A DNA stretch of 64,000 nucleotides from Chlorokybus atmophyticus (Eukaryota; Plantae; Mesostigma and Chlorokybus algae): NCBI GenBank assembly GCA_009103225.1, contig RHPI01000810.1, positions 372,001 through 436,000 of the forward strand, given 5' to 3'. Of this stretch, positions 62,425 through 64,000 are shown piece after piece. Numbering within the stretch: the first letter of the stretch is position 1; each line of letters starts with the position of its first letter. The translations under genes were made by a program, and so were the position numbers. The notes under the pieces were generated by a model that was not told where the DNA came from, searched no databases, and worked only from the letters and a program-made list of their open reading frames with translations.

Positions 62425-64000
62425 TTGAACACGTATAGGTATATGTGTTCAATACGTACACAGAAGCGTCCTGATGCGTTTGTTCTACACGTGTGCTATG
62501 GCCCAAGTACACGCAGGTAGTGCATGCATGTTTAGTTGAAAGAATGCACTACACACTTTCTTAAGAGTATCTGGCACATGGATGTCACCAATGCATATGC
62601 CAGATATCAGAAAAGGCATATGGTTGAGCCTTGCAGTTGTTGTGAGTCTACCAACTACTTGTTGTCTGCGATACTAGCAGCTCCACTTTGGCAACTTCTT
62701 GCGGCCTTTCTCAAGCATTGCAGATGCAGTGCATCCATACAGCAACATCTGAGCAGCTAGTTGAGTTTATGCCGCTAGTCACAAAATCGTGCAATTGCTT
62801 GCTGCTGTGTGCCCTACGATCACCCACTTGGGAATTTGCCATGTGCAACCTTTGTCTGTGTGTGTGCGTGTGTGTTATATACTCAGGTGCAGACTGGAGC
62901 TGTGGTGATGTGCTGTGCGCAACAAGCCCAACAACCTATGGTGATATTGTGCAATGCTTGTGAAAAGTTTTGGCCCAACCCATGCGACAGTAACTTGCTT
63001 GCATGTTGGTGTTGTTTGCTTGTGTGCTAACTTGAAATGCAAGCACGCACTGTGTGTATGTTGGCGATTGCAATATGATGTTACGAGGTCGCGCTTCACG
63101 TGTACCAATGTACAAGAGATTATTGGCCTCATATGCTGCGTGCAAGAAGTGTCATTGACAACCATGCACACGGTGGCATTCAACCCGCGCATACTATTGC
63201 GCAGCACAGCAGCACCGCACCGCCCTTCGCCCAACCTTGTAGCTACTGCCTGTTGTGCTGTGCTGTTGCTGCTGCTGCTAGACCCTACTACTACCTCTGC
63301 TTACATGCGGTTGTAACCAACAGGTTCTTTGCCGCTAGTGCTTGCTTGCTGCCCCGCCTCCTACACCGCCTCAACCTCTCCACACCCAACCACTTAGCTA
63401 GCGCACGTAGTTGCAGCCCTATGTTGCCCCTGCCTTATGTCATGCCAAATACCCTTGCATGCCAGTCCTGCTCGAGCATGCCTACGTCCAGCCCCAAGCC
63501 CGGGCTACCTGCATGAAGACCGCGCGCGCCCCAGCCTACTGCTAGCTACTTCGTACTTCATGTAGCCTGTAGCTAGGGCTACTCTACAAACCTCTCGATA
63601 GGAACCGCGTGTAGCTGATCAGTTAAGAATCTACTATCAGCTCATGTGCTATATCGATTCTTAGGACATTTCCGTAGTAGCTTATGGCCTCGATGTGACC
63701 GTTGGCCTACTGCCCGCATGGCACTGCACAGTCATGATTTGACATGTACAAGTAGGAAGTCATGTCATTGGACTCGCTGGTGACACTGTGAGTGAGCACC
63801 AAGAGTAGAGACTCTGACTTTAAGAGCTTGTGAAGCGACTTGAATTGGAAGCACACCGTCCTGGTTGCCAAGGACTGCCTTACCACGTGAGACACAGTGT
63901 ATGCTCTTGTGCGCTGGGCTTGTCATTGCTGTGAGCTTGGCGGTGGTGTGTTTGCTGCATCGGTTAGGACATAGCATCTATGAGTTGTTTGTTCATTCAC

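Noticed and set aside
62880-63900. Faint resemblance of minus-strand Cys/His-rich translations to the PLE N-terminal region
   Set aside because: The similarity is too weak by eye and no RT motifs are visible within the window.

Overview
Eukaryotic nuclear DNA with GT-AG spliced genes, most likely from a green alga (plastid-type LeuC, two-ACT acetolactate synthase small subunit, CLC-e/f, AIR9). The species cannot be determined. Host genes occupy about 8.5-27.4 kb and 56.8-62.4 kb: tRNA-Lys(CUU), a GNPAT/PlsB-family acyltransferase, TMEM230, AIR9, CLC, and a head-to-head LeuC / ALS-small-subunit pair. The rest is decayed mobile DNA. Two Plavaka-type DNA transposon copies are present (1-4365, cut by the window edge, and 44.1-49.2 kb). 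The most notable signal lies next to the second copy: a spliced pseudogene encoding Cys-rich PHD-like fingers, a Tudor domain and a phage-type C5 DNA methyltransferase. Tudor and MTase share one frame, broken only by a TGA (plausibly CGA>TGA). Once nested LTR insertions are removed, its stop lies about 180 bp from the Plavaka transposase stop. Shared palindromic motif clusters suggest that about 28-49 kb is one cargo-carrying Plavaka element with a reader-writer methyltransferase. Nested in this region are two families of about 500-bp TRIM mini-LTR elements with tRNA-like A and B boxes around the primer-binding site, and a TRIM-chromovirus chimera bounded by one target-site duplication. Further right, a degenerate Penelope-like element contains an inverted TRIM dimer bounded by one TSD. 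All protein family calls come from motif recognition by eye, not database searches. Exon boundaries are approximate unless stated.
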